Positions 12,559 to 24,070 of a stretch of 62,000 nucleotides of DNA are shown one piece after another. Below the pieces are notes generated by a model. It did no database searches. It worked only from the letters and a program-made list of their open reading frames with translations, and was not told where the DNA came from. How positions within the stretch are numbered: the stretch's first letter is position 1; every line of letters starts with the position of its first letter. A program made the translations under genes and the position numbers. Source of the stretch: Lama guanicoe (lineage: Eukaryota); the NCBI GenBank assembly GCA_013239625.1, contig MU053933.1:1821026-1883025 (forward strand). Direction: 5' to 3'.

Positions 12559-13883
12559 TGATCGTGCCCAATACAATTATCCGTCACGGTGCGCTCAGCC
12601 ATTCTGCCCGGGAAACCCCCCGGGGCAAAGAAGAGTGTGACACAGATGGAATCACACGGCAGGCCTCTGACTTTGGGCTGGAGTCTCCTCGCTCAGCGTA
12701 GTTCTGTCAAGCCCCATCCTGGTGGTGGTGTGTAGCAGCAGTTCAGCCCTTTTTCTTGCTGCTGTGTCTTCCGTGGTGTGGACGGACCACACGGTTTTAA
12801 CTGGTCACCCGTCCAAGGGTACCTGGGTGGGGTTTCCAGTTTTCGGGCACTGGGGGTAGAGCCGCCTAAACCCCTGCGGGCTCACCATTCCTTCTGGCGC
12901 AGCCCGCCTTGGGGAGGCCCTGCCTGGGGCAGAGCAAACCCCGCGGGGATCCCTTCAGACAAAGCCTACAGCTATCCCGATACATAATTGAACAGGCTCT
13001 TTGCGATCCGGAGACAACGTAATGGGCTACCAGGAAAGAGCGTTTGGGCTCCCGTTCCAGCAACCTTGAAAAAACCAAATGCTGTCTTAGGAGAAAAGAA
13101 TCTGAGAAAAAAGAATGGACATTGACTAATAAGCATAGCATCATTTTCGCAAATTGAAAATGATTGAAAGGAGTGTCTGAACCAGTATTTGTGCTGAATT
13201 CAAGCACTGTCTAAATGAGCACGTGAAAAAACGGTCTCTGATAGGCCTGCTCGGTGGGGAGAGCGCAGGCGGCCCCGTGCGGCCCGCGAGCCGGGGGCCA
13301 CCGGGGCCGGAGCGGCGGCTTGGCCCTGCCCCGCCCTCCGCCCGCCCCGCCGCCGGAAGGGGCGGTCCTCCCGGCCAGCGCCGGCCGCGGCCGGCCCCAG
13401 CGCTGCCGCCGAGGGGGCGTCGCTGGTGTCTGCTTCCTCGGAGCCTCCGGGCTCGGCTCTGCGAGAGCAGGCTGAGGACGTGTAGACCCGCGCTGCGGCT
13501 GCACGTGGTGCTGTCAGTTTTATTTTATTTTAGTTTTTGCTACGTGGGTGGATGTGAAGCGATAGGTCGCCGTGCCTGTAACGTGCGCTTCCCTGCTGCC
13601 TAGAGGCGGCGGCGCGCCCTCCCCCGCGACCACGGCCCTTGGGGTTGGTCCCCCCTCGTTTCGTTCCCCCGTTGCTTCTGCCCTGCTTCTTTTTGGATTA
13701 ATCAGGTATTTCACGTGTCCCAGTTTACTTCCTCTACTGGACTCTTAGCCGAACCTTTTATTCTTTTTTCCTGGTAGTCTTGCCCTGGGGCTGCACACAC
13801 CCAGGCTCAGGCCGAGCTCTGTGGAGTCGACGCCGCATCACTTCAGCCTTCGCCCTTCACGCGCAGCCCGACTCGCCGCCCCC

Positions 13884-14594
13884 NNNNNNNNNNNNNNNNN
13901 NNNNNNNNNNNNNNNNNNNNNNNNNNNNNNNNNNNNNNNNNNNNNNNNNNNNNNNNNNNNNNNNNNNNNNNNNNNNNNNNNNNNNNNNNNNNNNNNNNNN
14001 NNNNNNNNNNNNNNNNNNNNNNNNNNNNNNNNNNNNNNNNNNNNNNNNNNNNNNNNNNNNNNNNNNNNNNNNNNNNNNNNNNNNNNNNNNNNNNNNNNNN
14101 NNNNNNNNNNNNNNNNNNNNNNNNNNNNNNNNNNNNNNNNNNNNNNNNNNNNNNNNNNNNNNNNNNNNNNNNNNNNNNNNNNNNNNNNNNNNNNNNNNNN
14201 NNNNNNNNNNNNNNNNNNNNNNNNNNNNNNNNNNNNNNNNNNNNNNNNNNNNNNNNNNNNNNNNNNNNNNNNNNNNNNNNNNNNNNNNNNNNNNNNNNNN
14301 NNNNNNNNNNNNNNNNNNNNNNNNNNNNNNNNNNNNNNNNNNNNNNNNNNNNNNNNNNNNNNNNNNNNNNNNNNNNNNNNNNNNNNNNNNNNNNNNNNNN
14401 NNNNNNNNNNNNNNNNNNNNNNNNNNNNNNNNNNNNNNNNNNNNNNNNNNNNNNNNNNNNNNNNNNNNNNNNNNNNNNNNNNNNNNNNNNNNNNNNNNNN
14501 NNNNNNNNNNNNNNNNNNNNNNNNNNNNNNNNNNNNNNNNNNNNNNNNNNNNNNNNNNNNNNNNNNNNNNNNNNNNNNNNNNNNNNNNNNNNNN
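13884..14594. other. Assembly gap (711 N)
   Basis: Run of N flanked by GC-rich sequence. Confidence 0.99.
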
Positions 14595-14849
14595 CCCGCG
14601 CCGTCGTTGTCAGAGCTTTTCCTTCCACGTGCATTTGAAAACCGCCACACAGAGTTATTAAGCATGTTTGAAGCACAGTTGTCTATTAAAGAGCTACGGG
14701 AGGGAGAAAAAGGCAGCAGCCATTTATGCCCCCGCCTGCGGACTTTTTGAGGGGCCAGCCTTTCCCTCCTGTACGTGCAAGTCACCGTCTCTGGGTCTCT
14801 CCCTTCCTCCTGCAGCACGTCCCACAGCATTTCCTGCAGTGCCTGCCTC

Positions 14850-15800
14850 ACCCAGCCTCACCTGGAAATAGCTTAGTCTGCTCTCCTGTTTAGAGTAGTT
14901 TGGCTGGATGTATGGTGCATGGTTGAGTTTTTAAAGGTTTATCCATTGGTTTTTTGGCTTACGTTGTGTCTGATGGAAAGACAGTGGAAATCCTTACCAC
15001 TGTTCCCCAGAAAGTGTGTGCCTTTGCTGGCAGCGTTCAAGATTTCTTTCTTTCTTTTTAAAGATGTATTTCTTTATGGCTTTCGTCAGTTTGACTATAA
15101 CGTGCCTAAGTGTGATTTTCTGTGTAAGTATCCTACTGAGGTTTTCCTGAGTTTCTTGAGCTGTAAATCAATGTTTTTCATCAAATCTGTGGATTTGGGG
15201 CGATGATTTTGCTTAGATAAAGTTTCTGCCCTATGCTCACTCTCTTCTTCTGAGACTCACACATTACATGTGTTAGGCTGTTTTATATTGTCCTGTAGGT
15301 CCCTAAAGCTCTGTTCCTTTTTCTTCCATCGTTTTTCTCTTCTTCAGACTGAATAATTGTACTGGTCTGTCTTCACTGACTCCTCTGCTGTCTCCAATCT
15401 GCTCTTAAGCCAATGCAGGGACACTTTCAATTGTTGTGCTTTCCAGTCCTAGAATTTCCGTTTGATTCTTTTTATACTTCCTATTACTCTGCCAGGAGTC
15501 CCCACCCCTTTGCTCATTGAGACCATACTTTCACTGAATTCTTTGAACACAGTGGTTTTAGATGCTTTCCAGTCTTCATCTGTAAATGCGCATCTGGGCC
15601 ACTTAGGGGTTGGTTTTTATTGGCTGCCTTTTCTCCCCTTGACTCTGGTTTACACATTCTGGTTTTTGAATGTCTAGTCATTTTTTTAGTGTATATTGGG
15701 CATTGGTAAATCATAAATTGTATTGACCCTGGATCATCCTCCACAGAAGAGTCTTGACTTTTGGTCTAACTGGCAGTTCACCTTGACTTTCCATGGGCTT
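14850..15800 (-). mobile_element. Ancient L1M ORF1/5' region remnant
   Basis: Parallels the L1 ORF1 antisense region at 42450-43400 (cagtttgactataacgtgcctaagtgtgattttc). Confidence 0.65.
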
Positions 15801-16193
15801 AGTCTTATGCTTTGCTAGACTGGATCTGAGGAATGTCCAAGGTGTCCCCAAGCCCCTCCAACTTGGCAGGAGTCAACGTCCAAACTCTGTCTCTCTTGTG
15901 GAGTATGCCAAAGCTTTGCTTTACGCTTTGTGACGGTAGGTCAATTGTGGGCCAGTTTTGGGGCAAGGGTCAGTTACCTCACATGTCACGTTTGGGCTGT
16001 GCTCTGTTTTTGTGTGACCCTTCAGCTAAAAATGTTTTTTTTATATTTAAACATAATTGTTAAAAAAAAAAAAAGAATGTGAAACAGCTTTGCATGTGGC
16101 CTGCAAAGCTAAAATACTTATTTGGCTTTTACAGATAAAGCTGGCTGACCCATGGGGCCTCAGTCTGGTGTCTCGGCTGAATGCCTTGGGCAT

Positions 16194-16679
16194 TATTGAC
16201 TGAAATAAAACACACAACGTAAAAGTTGAGTTACGTTTTATTCGGCGGACATTTCTGAGGACTTGAACCCATTCAAGCCTGGGATGACCGCCTCTCAGAT
16301 CACTCTGAGGGATGGCTCAGAAGAGGTAGGGGAGGAGCCAGGATATGTAGGAGTTTTACAACAAAGACCAGGTAGTCAGAACATCAAAAGATTACTGTTA
16401 ACTAAAGAAAACCAGACATCTCAGGTTAAAGAATTTAGCACTTTTCTATGTGTGGGAAGGCGCAAACATCTGGGCTCACTGAAATCATTCTTTGACAAGC
16501 ACCTAGCTACCTAGGGCCAGGGCCCTGCCCTTTCCCGTCCCTCACAGTGCACCGCTTGGGGTGGATGCAGAGACCAGGCTGCCTGCTTGTCTGCATCCTG
16601 AGTCGGTAGTAGCGGCTGATGACTTGCGGGCCACGGCATTCCTTGTTTACTGATATGGCTGCAATATTTCTCATTCACA
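16194..16679 (-). mobile_element. ERV1 solo LTR (MER41-like)
   Basis: T(A)TTGACTGAAA...ATTCACA termini, internal gaaaaccagacatctcaggttaaagaatttagcacttttctatg; 4-bp flanks GCAT/GTGT compatible with a CpG-decayed GCGT TSD. Confidence 0.8.
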
Positions 16680-17599
16680 GTGTTAGTGAGGAATCAACAA
16701 GGTCTCTCCTACAGCCCTGTTTGGCCTCCAATCTTTGCACCCATGTTTGACTCTGTAACAGCCACTTCCTGGTAAACCCTATGGAATCTGACCCAATGAG
16801 TATTGGGCGCAGCTGAGGCCAACGACTACAGGGAACCCCCACACAGACTTCCGGTTCTCCATCCTTAGCTCCTTCTTCTCGTCCGGTGCTCTGCCTTGCA
16901 GGCTCCAGGTGTCTTAAACTCTTGACCTTTGCCTCCTTAGCCGGCCACAGTGCACCATGCTACACTATGCACACACATTTAGCAGCTGTGTTCACACTCA
17001 AACTATTTCACATATGTTTACTTTATTTCACTTAGAAAAGTTGCCCCAAATCTACTTTTCTTCCATAAGAAACTTAGATGCAGTTAAAGCAAGGTTTCAT
17101 TTTGTGGCGTTTGCAAAATGTGCCTATTCCATGGAAGGCTCTGTGTGGTCGGGTATTGGGGTGGGGAGGGGTTGGGGACACAAGTAAAAGGCAGTGCTTA
17201 ATTCAAGAATTTTAACATCATGGAGACAGGAAACTAGTGCTGTGGAAATCCAGAGAGAAGCGGTTCATTCCAAACACCGGGAGTAGCTGGTGTGAGCCCG
17301 CTTTTGTCGTTAGCCCCCGAGAAGGACTTGAGGTGCTTGGGGGCCTTGGGTTCTACTGTGAAGGCACCTGACCTTGTTTCACTGCAGGGCAGCAAGGCGA
17401 CCTCACAAAACCAGCAGGACAAGAAAAACAAGCCCAAGAGTTTTGCAAGGGGTAACTGCCAGTCAGCCCAGCCGTGGGGACTAACCCGTTTGTTAACTGA
17501 TCCCCCCAGGCATCCGGCCTCTGGTAAAATTAACAAAGCTTGGTTCTAGGCAACCGTCCCGCGCTGGAGAGAAACTGACATGCGTGTCCACCTGCTGTT

Positions 17600-18750
17600 G
17601 CTGGTGACTCCTGGGAGCTTCCCGTGTCCATGTGTCGGTGCTAGTGACCCCCCGTGTCCGCACGCGCCTGTCAGTGACCCCTGGAGCCGTCCTCCGCATC
17701 GGGCACCGCGGTGGGGGGGGTGTGATGCTCGTGGGCGCCCCGCGGCGAGTCCCAGCTGCTCGCCCCAGGCCAGCCCTGTCCCCCGAGGGCGCCGGCCCGG
17801 GGGCGGCTCCCAGCCGTGCAGCCCCTCCAGTGCAGGACCCACCGCCGCCCACGGCCGGTCCGCGCGGGCTTCGGCCCCGACGCTCGGAGTGAACCTCCGT
17901 GGAGACTCCGCGGCCGGGGCGCCTTTCGGTCGGAGGACAGCGCTCGCCCGGCGTAAGGGCCTCCCCTTTAAGCCGCGCGCCCCGGAAGCGGTCCCGCGGC
18001 GCGCCGGCACCGGAAGTGGATGCGGCCGGCGGGCGGCGGCGGCGGCGAGCGGCCGGCTCTGGAGCTGCCTCGCGCGGCCGGGCGGGCGTCGCTGTCGCGA
18101 CCGCGGCTCCGCTCAGGCTCGGGCTGGCCCTGCGCGGCTTCGGGCTGCCCATGGGGCGCGGGGGGCCGGACCGGTGACGCCGGACGCCCATGGACGCCCC
18201 TGAGGAGCCGCTGCCGCCGGTGATCTACACCATGGAGAACAAGCCCATCGTCACCTGTGAGTGCCCGGCGGCGCGGGAGGGGGCGGCGGCCGTGGCGGGC
18301 AGCCGGGCCCAGGTCGCCGGCCCCTCGATCCCGGCGGCCCAGGGCCTGCACTCCCGGCCCTGCCGCTTCCTGGAACGGAGGTGTGGCCAGGGCGGTGGCT
18401 GCGGCGGGGCTCCTGTCCCCGCGGGCGACCTCCGACCTCCCCGGGGCCGTCCGCCAGCCTCCCCTGCGGGGGACCTCTGACCTCACGCGGGCGACCTCCG
18501 ACTCCGCCGGGGGACGCCTTCCCGGGTTGTTTGGGCTGCAGTTTGACAGGCCCGGGACGCGGTGCACCCCAGAATCTAGGGCGCGCCACGGAGTGGGGGC
18601 CCCGCCGTGTGCCCCGTCCAGCCGCAGGCTCGGCAGCTCGTCCCGCGACCCGGGGACCGGTCCTTCCCAGCGGAGACCGTTCTCCCTCTGATCCCGCGGG
18701 GGCATTCTCTTGGCTGTCGGTTGCGAGCGTGGACGAAGTTTGTGTGCGGT
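17600..18750 (+). promoter_or_regulatory. CpG-island promoter of TRAPPC10 with tandem ETS/GABPA-type CCGGAAG motifs (17982-17989, 18010-18018)
   Basis: Very high GC and CpG density spanning exon 1; two CCGGAAG(C/TG) sites about 180-210 bp upstream of the ATG; no clear TATA box. Confidence 0.88.
18190..18256 (+). CDS. TRAPPC10: TRAPPC10 coding exon 1 (MDAPEEPLPPVIYTMENKPIVT-C)
   Basis: Translation matches the TRAPPC10/TMEM1 N-terminus as I recall it. 67 nt, donor T|GTGAGT, inside a CpG island. Confidence 0.97.
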
Positions 18751-21700
18751 TATTGTGTTAGGAGACGTGGGTTTGTACTTGTGTTAAACAGTGACAGACG
18801 CAGGTGCTCCGTCAGAGCCGTGCACAGCTGCACTTGCATGGGCATGAAAGCCCTGCCGGAGCTGGGACTGCGAGCCAGGACTGGTTTCACGCGCGTTACC
18901 TCCTTGAATCTCCCCCTTAGTCCCCTCGGGCACCTCCCAGACGCTGGCACGGAACAGAAACCCATTTCACGGATGAGGCTTTAAAGGTTGGGTGAGCTCA
19001 TCCACACTGGACTGCTAGACTGGTGCCTCCTTCTTTGGGGTGTCGGTTTGTGTGTGTGTACATTTAAGCGTACACAAAGGAATTGTTTCTCTGTTACAGA
19101 AAAAATTTTCCTGTTAAGTTTTATAGTTGTGATTTTAGAATTAAATACTTCCAAAAACTTTGAGCTCATAGGGGGTTTGAAATGTTGGCTGACATTTTGA
19201 TGCTTGCAGAGAGAAATTTCAAACTATTATGAGTTTCGAGCTTTGACAATATTCTTACTTCCAGCTAACTTTTTCCAAAAGTCTTCCACACTCTGAAAGG
19301 AAACACTCTTTCTGTAGCAAAGTCCCAGCACTTAGGCCATAATGGTTCTGTAGGTCTTGAGCACCATCCTGTTTCTCCTTGTCATTTTTTTCTAATAAAT
19401 GGATACCCTCCCTGTATGCTTCCTTTCATCAGATCCCTGAGAACTCGTATGTTTAAAGTTTGTTGCTTTATCTTTAGCTGGTAAAACTTTCTTAGGAAAA
19501 TGGAATGTGTCACCTCTAAATTTGGACACTTGCATAGTTCAGCAATAGCTGTTTTCTTTTCTCGCCAGGATACCTGTCAACTGAAAGTCTTACTCAAGAC
19601 TGCACCTTCAGTGCAAGAGGACAGGTGTGCGTAGAGCTGATCTGGAGGTCCTGCAATTCCCAGGTGCTTTCTGTATCCTCGGGGAAGAGGACCGGGCTCG
19701 GGTGGTCTTCATGTTGAGTTTCAGTGCCTTCCAGATCCTGGAGACTTCTCCCCAAGTGCCCTGCACATCAGGGGTGCCGGATCAGTGTTGCTTGTAGGAC
19801 ATCCATGTGGCTAATTATTTCCCATACCCCTTAGCTTACAGGTTCGTAGCAATATACTTCAGTAGGCGTTATGAAGACACACATCTGAAGAGGTTCGTAA
19901 AGCCCTGTTGGAGTCAACCTTGACTAAATGGGTCAGTTGTTACCCTTGTAGTGCTCGAGGTGTGTGTTTAGTGCTTAAGTTTGCACACACATGCGCGACA
20001 GGCAGCTGAGGGACAGTTTCCTTTCCTGCATGTTGGTTGCAGTAGCTGTGTTGGTGGAGGTTTTTCCGGTGTTTGAAGCGTAAAGAAGAAGTGTTATCGG
20101 TACTGACGGCATCTCTGTTTTAAAAGGCGCAACCATTCATTCACTGGAGTCTCAGAAGAGGAAAAGGCTTTAGTAAGCTTTCAGAGAAAGTTAGCTTGAA
20201 AAATGAAAAAGATCCCTTTCAAAGTTAAAGATGTTTTAACTTTTAAGAAAGGCTGCCTTCATAGTTCACGTTTGAAATTGCGTTTTGGTGTATCAGGGAC
20301 TGGAGCTTCGTGAGCACTTAATCTGGTTTCACTTCATACTTCGTGTGGTTCCATTTTTCCGGGTGCACGTGTTTTGAGGGGAGCAGCTAGCCTAAGCAGT
20401 GTGGGCAAAGGCAGTAGGAAAATTGCTTGAAAAAAGTCCATCCAGAGGCTCAGCTATTCTGTCCATTCCCCTTGTTATGCAGCGTTTTAGTTTTCAAAAG
20501 TGCCTTTACATCTCCTTGAACACTTTTCCAGCCATTGCACCCTGAGGAGGTCTGTGTTTGTTCGTTGTAAAATAAAGCAGAGTTTATGCTTGCTCTCAAT
20601 TTTTTTCGTAGAATTTGGAACATTTTACTTAGAATGAAAATGAATTGTGTAGCATACTTTCTGAGAAGAATGTAGCATGTCACTGGTTCAGGTACTGTGT
20701 AGGAACTGCTTATTTGTGGCCACGAGAAGACTGGGAAGTCCCCAGAGGTTAGGGGGAAATAGAATACATTATTACTTGAAAGCCTTACCGAATTATTTTA
20801 ATAATATTCTGAAGCTGCCTGAAAGTTTTAATGGCCTTCAATCCGTAATTAAAAATTTCCGAACCTGCTGCCTAACTGCCTCTGGTGCAGAGTGACTGCC
20901 TCAGTGGAGGATCTGCTCAGACGTCCAAGACTTGTTAAGTGTCTGACTACTGGAGAATGTATCTGAAGTGCACAGGGATGTCCGCCGAACAGTTAGTGAT
21001 GACGTTGGGGGATGAATCACCTAATCGTAGCAGTTTGTATATGTATAGTATAATTTATTAATCATGAAAAATGCACAATGAAACTGAAACAAATCCAGCA
21101 GATCCATTTGATCTAAATTTAAATTATAGCTTAGATTATTTTTCAACCACCAGATCAGTTCACTCTTGAGAATAAAGACTTGGGTTTCTGATCTAAGGGT
21201 ATCCAGGAGGGTTATGTTCCTTCTCCAGCTGAGCAGACGGTTATTGTAATCCTACTGATTTGTGGCTTTTCTGTTTTGGCTGTTGGCATCATTCCCAAGA
21301 TAGCACCTCTTCAACATAGGATTGTGTGGTATCTGAAAAACAGCAGCACTCCACCCGAGGACCCGTTCTCACCCAGGCACGTTGGACGCTGCCATTTTCG
21401 TTTTTCTCAGTCTCTGTGTTTGGGGTTCCAGATCTGACATGATAAATTTTCAAAGGGAGAAAATGGCAACAAAAATGAGTAGATCTGTAATCTGTATCTG
21501 GTATCTGGTTGTAATGCTTTGTATCTGGTTGGAATTTGTATTTTCCCCTGTAGGTTAAAATTTTTAAATTTGCACATCACGGTTTTCCACCGGGCGTCAA
21601 AGTATGGTGCTTGTGATTTAACCACTCTTTGTTTCGTTGCCGAAGAGTAACTTAAAATGTCCTCTTTCTAAATTGATGCATGTAAATGGTGGTCTTGGCC

Positions 21701-21959
21701 CATATTGAATTCTTAAGCCAGTAGGGAATCAACTATTGAGAAGCAGGAGAAGCATTTCTCCTTGGGAAACGGTTCCACGGGATGGATTTGGAGGTGGGAC
21801 CCAAGGCACTACTGGCTTTGTTTACCTTGCTTTTTGGGGGGAAATTAATTAATTAATTAATTTTCTTTCTTCCCCTCCCTCCCCTCCTCTCCTCTCCTCT
21901 TTTTTTCCCTGTAAACTGAAGTGCAATTACCTTGCTTTTGAAATCGCTTCTCCCTGTGC

Positions 21960-22110
21960 GTGGTTCCAAACAGTCAGGACTTACATATGTGCCTTCCTCC
22001 CCCTCTGTGAAGTAGGGAGGAGGTAGTGCCAGTCTCTTGGGGTGGGTGTAGGGCTTGAAAGAATATGTGTAAAGCACTCAGAAGAGTGATGAATGTGCAA
22101 AAAGAATGCT
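21960..22110 (+). mobile_element. MIR SINE fragment
   Basis: cctctgtgaagtaggga...atatgtgtaaagcactcagaagagtg, like the MIR core/3' end. Confidence 0.55.
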
Positions 22111-22147
22111 AGCTTCTAAGGAGGGAGTCCTTCCTTCTCTCTGCTCA

Positions 22148-22660
22148 CGGTGGCTTTAGTGTCTTTAATACTTTTTTCATCACACCTCTGGGCTGAAAAG
22201 AACATTTAATAATTTCATTTATCAAGTAGTTAGGTTCAAATAATTTTATCAAGTGTCATGTCATAACAGTAGTTATTTGAAAAAATGCACATAAATGGGA
22301 AGAAAATTTTTATTTCATTCTTAGATAACCAGGGTAACAGACTAATGGGATGGTTGCATCTGTTGGGCACTGCACAACTTCTCTAACCTGGGAGTCAGGC
22401 TGGTCTCTGCTGCCTTCTTTGTTTCCTTTTAGTAGGGAGGTGGTACTAGTCTTTTATCACAGCAACTCCCTTGTTTTGTGATGATAATGATGCCATTGAG
22501 TGAATTGTAGCACGAGGTCGTATGGAAACAATACCTCAGCTGGGGTTTGGGATATCTTCAGTACTGCCGTTTCCCTCATAAATTTAAAATACCCTTTGGA
22601 CCCTCTGTGGGTTTGCTGCAGTACCCCGAGGCACCGGGGTACACAGTTTGGGAACCCATG
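22148..22660. mobile_element. hAT-Charlie-like DNA transposon remnant
   Basis: Right end acacagtttgggaacccatg resembles a Charlie/MER terminal repeat. Confidence 0.45.
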
Positions 22661-23399
22661 TTACTAGTATTTTAGCTCAACTCTAGGGTGGATTTGAACT
22701 GAGAATTTAGAAGTGAAAAGCTTCCTTTTCCATTTGAACTTCAGGTCATGCCAGACTTACAACATGTGTTTCTGAATGGTTTCTAGTAAAATTTGGTTTA
22801 TGCAAATGAAGCTCAAGGGTTTGATTTTTTTTTTTTTTAAAGCACTGATGAGTCTCTGAAATAACCAGGCTTGGCCAATGTAACACGCGGGCCAGTCTTT
22901 CCCTAGAAAGGAACTGACAGCATGGTGGTGCGGTCCATGTGGAGGGAGCTGGGAAGGGCCAAACCAAGGTGGTCACCTTTTATTGAAAATGCAAGGGACT
23001 TACTGAAGAATTTTTTGTCTGAAAAAAGTTTTTTGCCAGTTGACAGAGTGTCTTTTCATGTGTATTGCACGATTCAGTGTATGGTCTCACAGAGGCTCAG
23101 AGCTGATCTCCTCGCCCTCTGTTCTGCTGGGGGGGGGGCGGGCTTCCACCGGAAAGCCTCTAAATCCCCCATCACACCTTCCTGAGGCCCCTGGCGGCAG
23201 TCTGCCCAGAGGCCCTGGCGCTTTCTCCCCTCCCTTTACCTCGCCTTCCTTCTTCACCTCCCTCCTGTCCTCGCTGTCTGATCAACTTGTGCTTTGTTAA
23301 CTGCTCTTAAGGTGAATTTTAACTGTGTTCATAGTATTTTGCGCTTAGAGAATATTTGATTTTTAAATTTAAAATTGATGGCCTTAGAGTTGTTCCCAG

Positions 23400-24070
23400 C
23401 TCCTCTTTTTTGCTCCCAACAGACATTGAGTCTATCAGCAAATATTTTTGAAGTTTATCTAGAATTCAGCCACTTCTCAGCTTTACTGCTGCTCAAACCC
23501 CAGACCCCAGCCCTTTCATCTCTCCCTGGGTCTCCTGCAGCTTCCCAGCTGGCACCCTGTTAACAGCCTGGCCCCTGGAAGTTAAGGGCAGTCCCTCTGA
23601 GAGAGAAGTCACAGCGTGTAATTCCCCTGCTCAGACCCGCAGGGGCCAACCACCTTCTCAGCATAGTATTCCCAGACCTTCCCCAGGGCCGTGAGACCCT
23701 CCGTGGCCTGCTGCGCCGGGCCCCGCCGCCCTGGGCCGGACACTGGCCTCCTGGCTGTGCCCTGGCCCCCGAGTGCTGCCCTCTCGCGGCCGGCGGCTGC
23801 TCACACACTGCTTCCCACGCCCACCTACCTTTCGCCATCGCTTTGACTTCGTTCAGTCTTCTTGGTTCAGCACCCCCGACAGAAAAATTTGTTTTTTCTT
23901 GATCTGTTGTTTCTCTCCACTCCTAACCCAGAGTGCCCACAAACTAGCATGTGGGGTTCAGAGAGGTAGGAACTTCGCCTGTCTTGTTCACTGTGTGTGT
24001 CCAGCACCTGGACAGTGCTTGGCACATAGTTGGTATTCAGTAGATATTTGTGAATAAATTAAATAAACGA
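23400..24070 (+). mobile_element. L2 3' end
   Basis: ccagcacctggacagtgcttggcacatagttggtattcagtagatatttgtgaataaattaaataaa, the L2 terminus. Confidence 0.8.

Noticed and set aside
13780..14851. ORFs of 277-337 aa
   Set aside because: They span the N gap.
17493..18984. Many long ORFs (up to 245 aa) on both strands
   Set aside because: Artefact of stop-poor CpG-island composition (R/P/G/A-rich); only exon 1 is recognisably coding.
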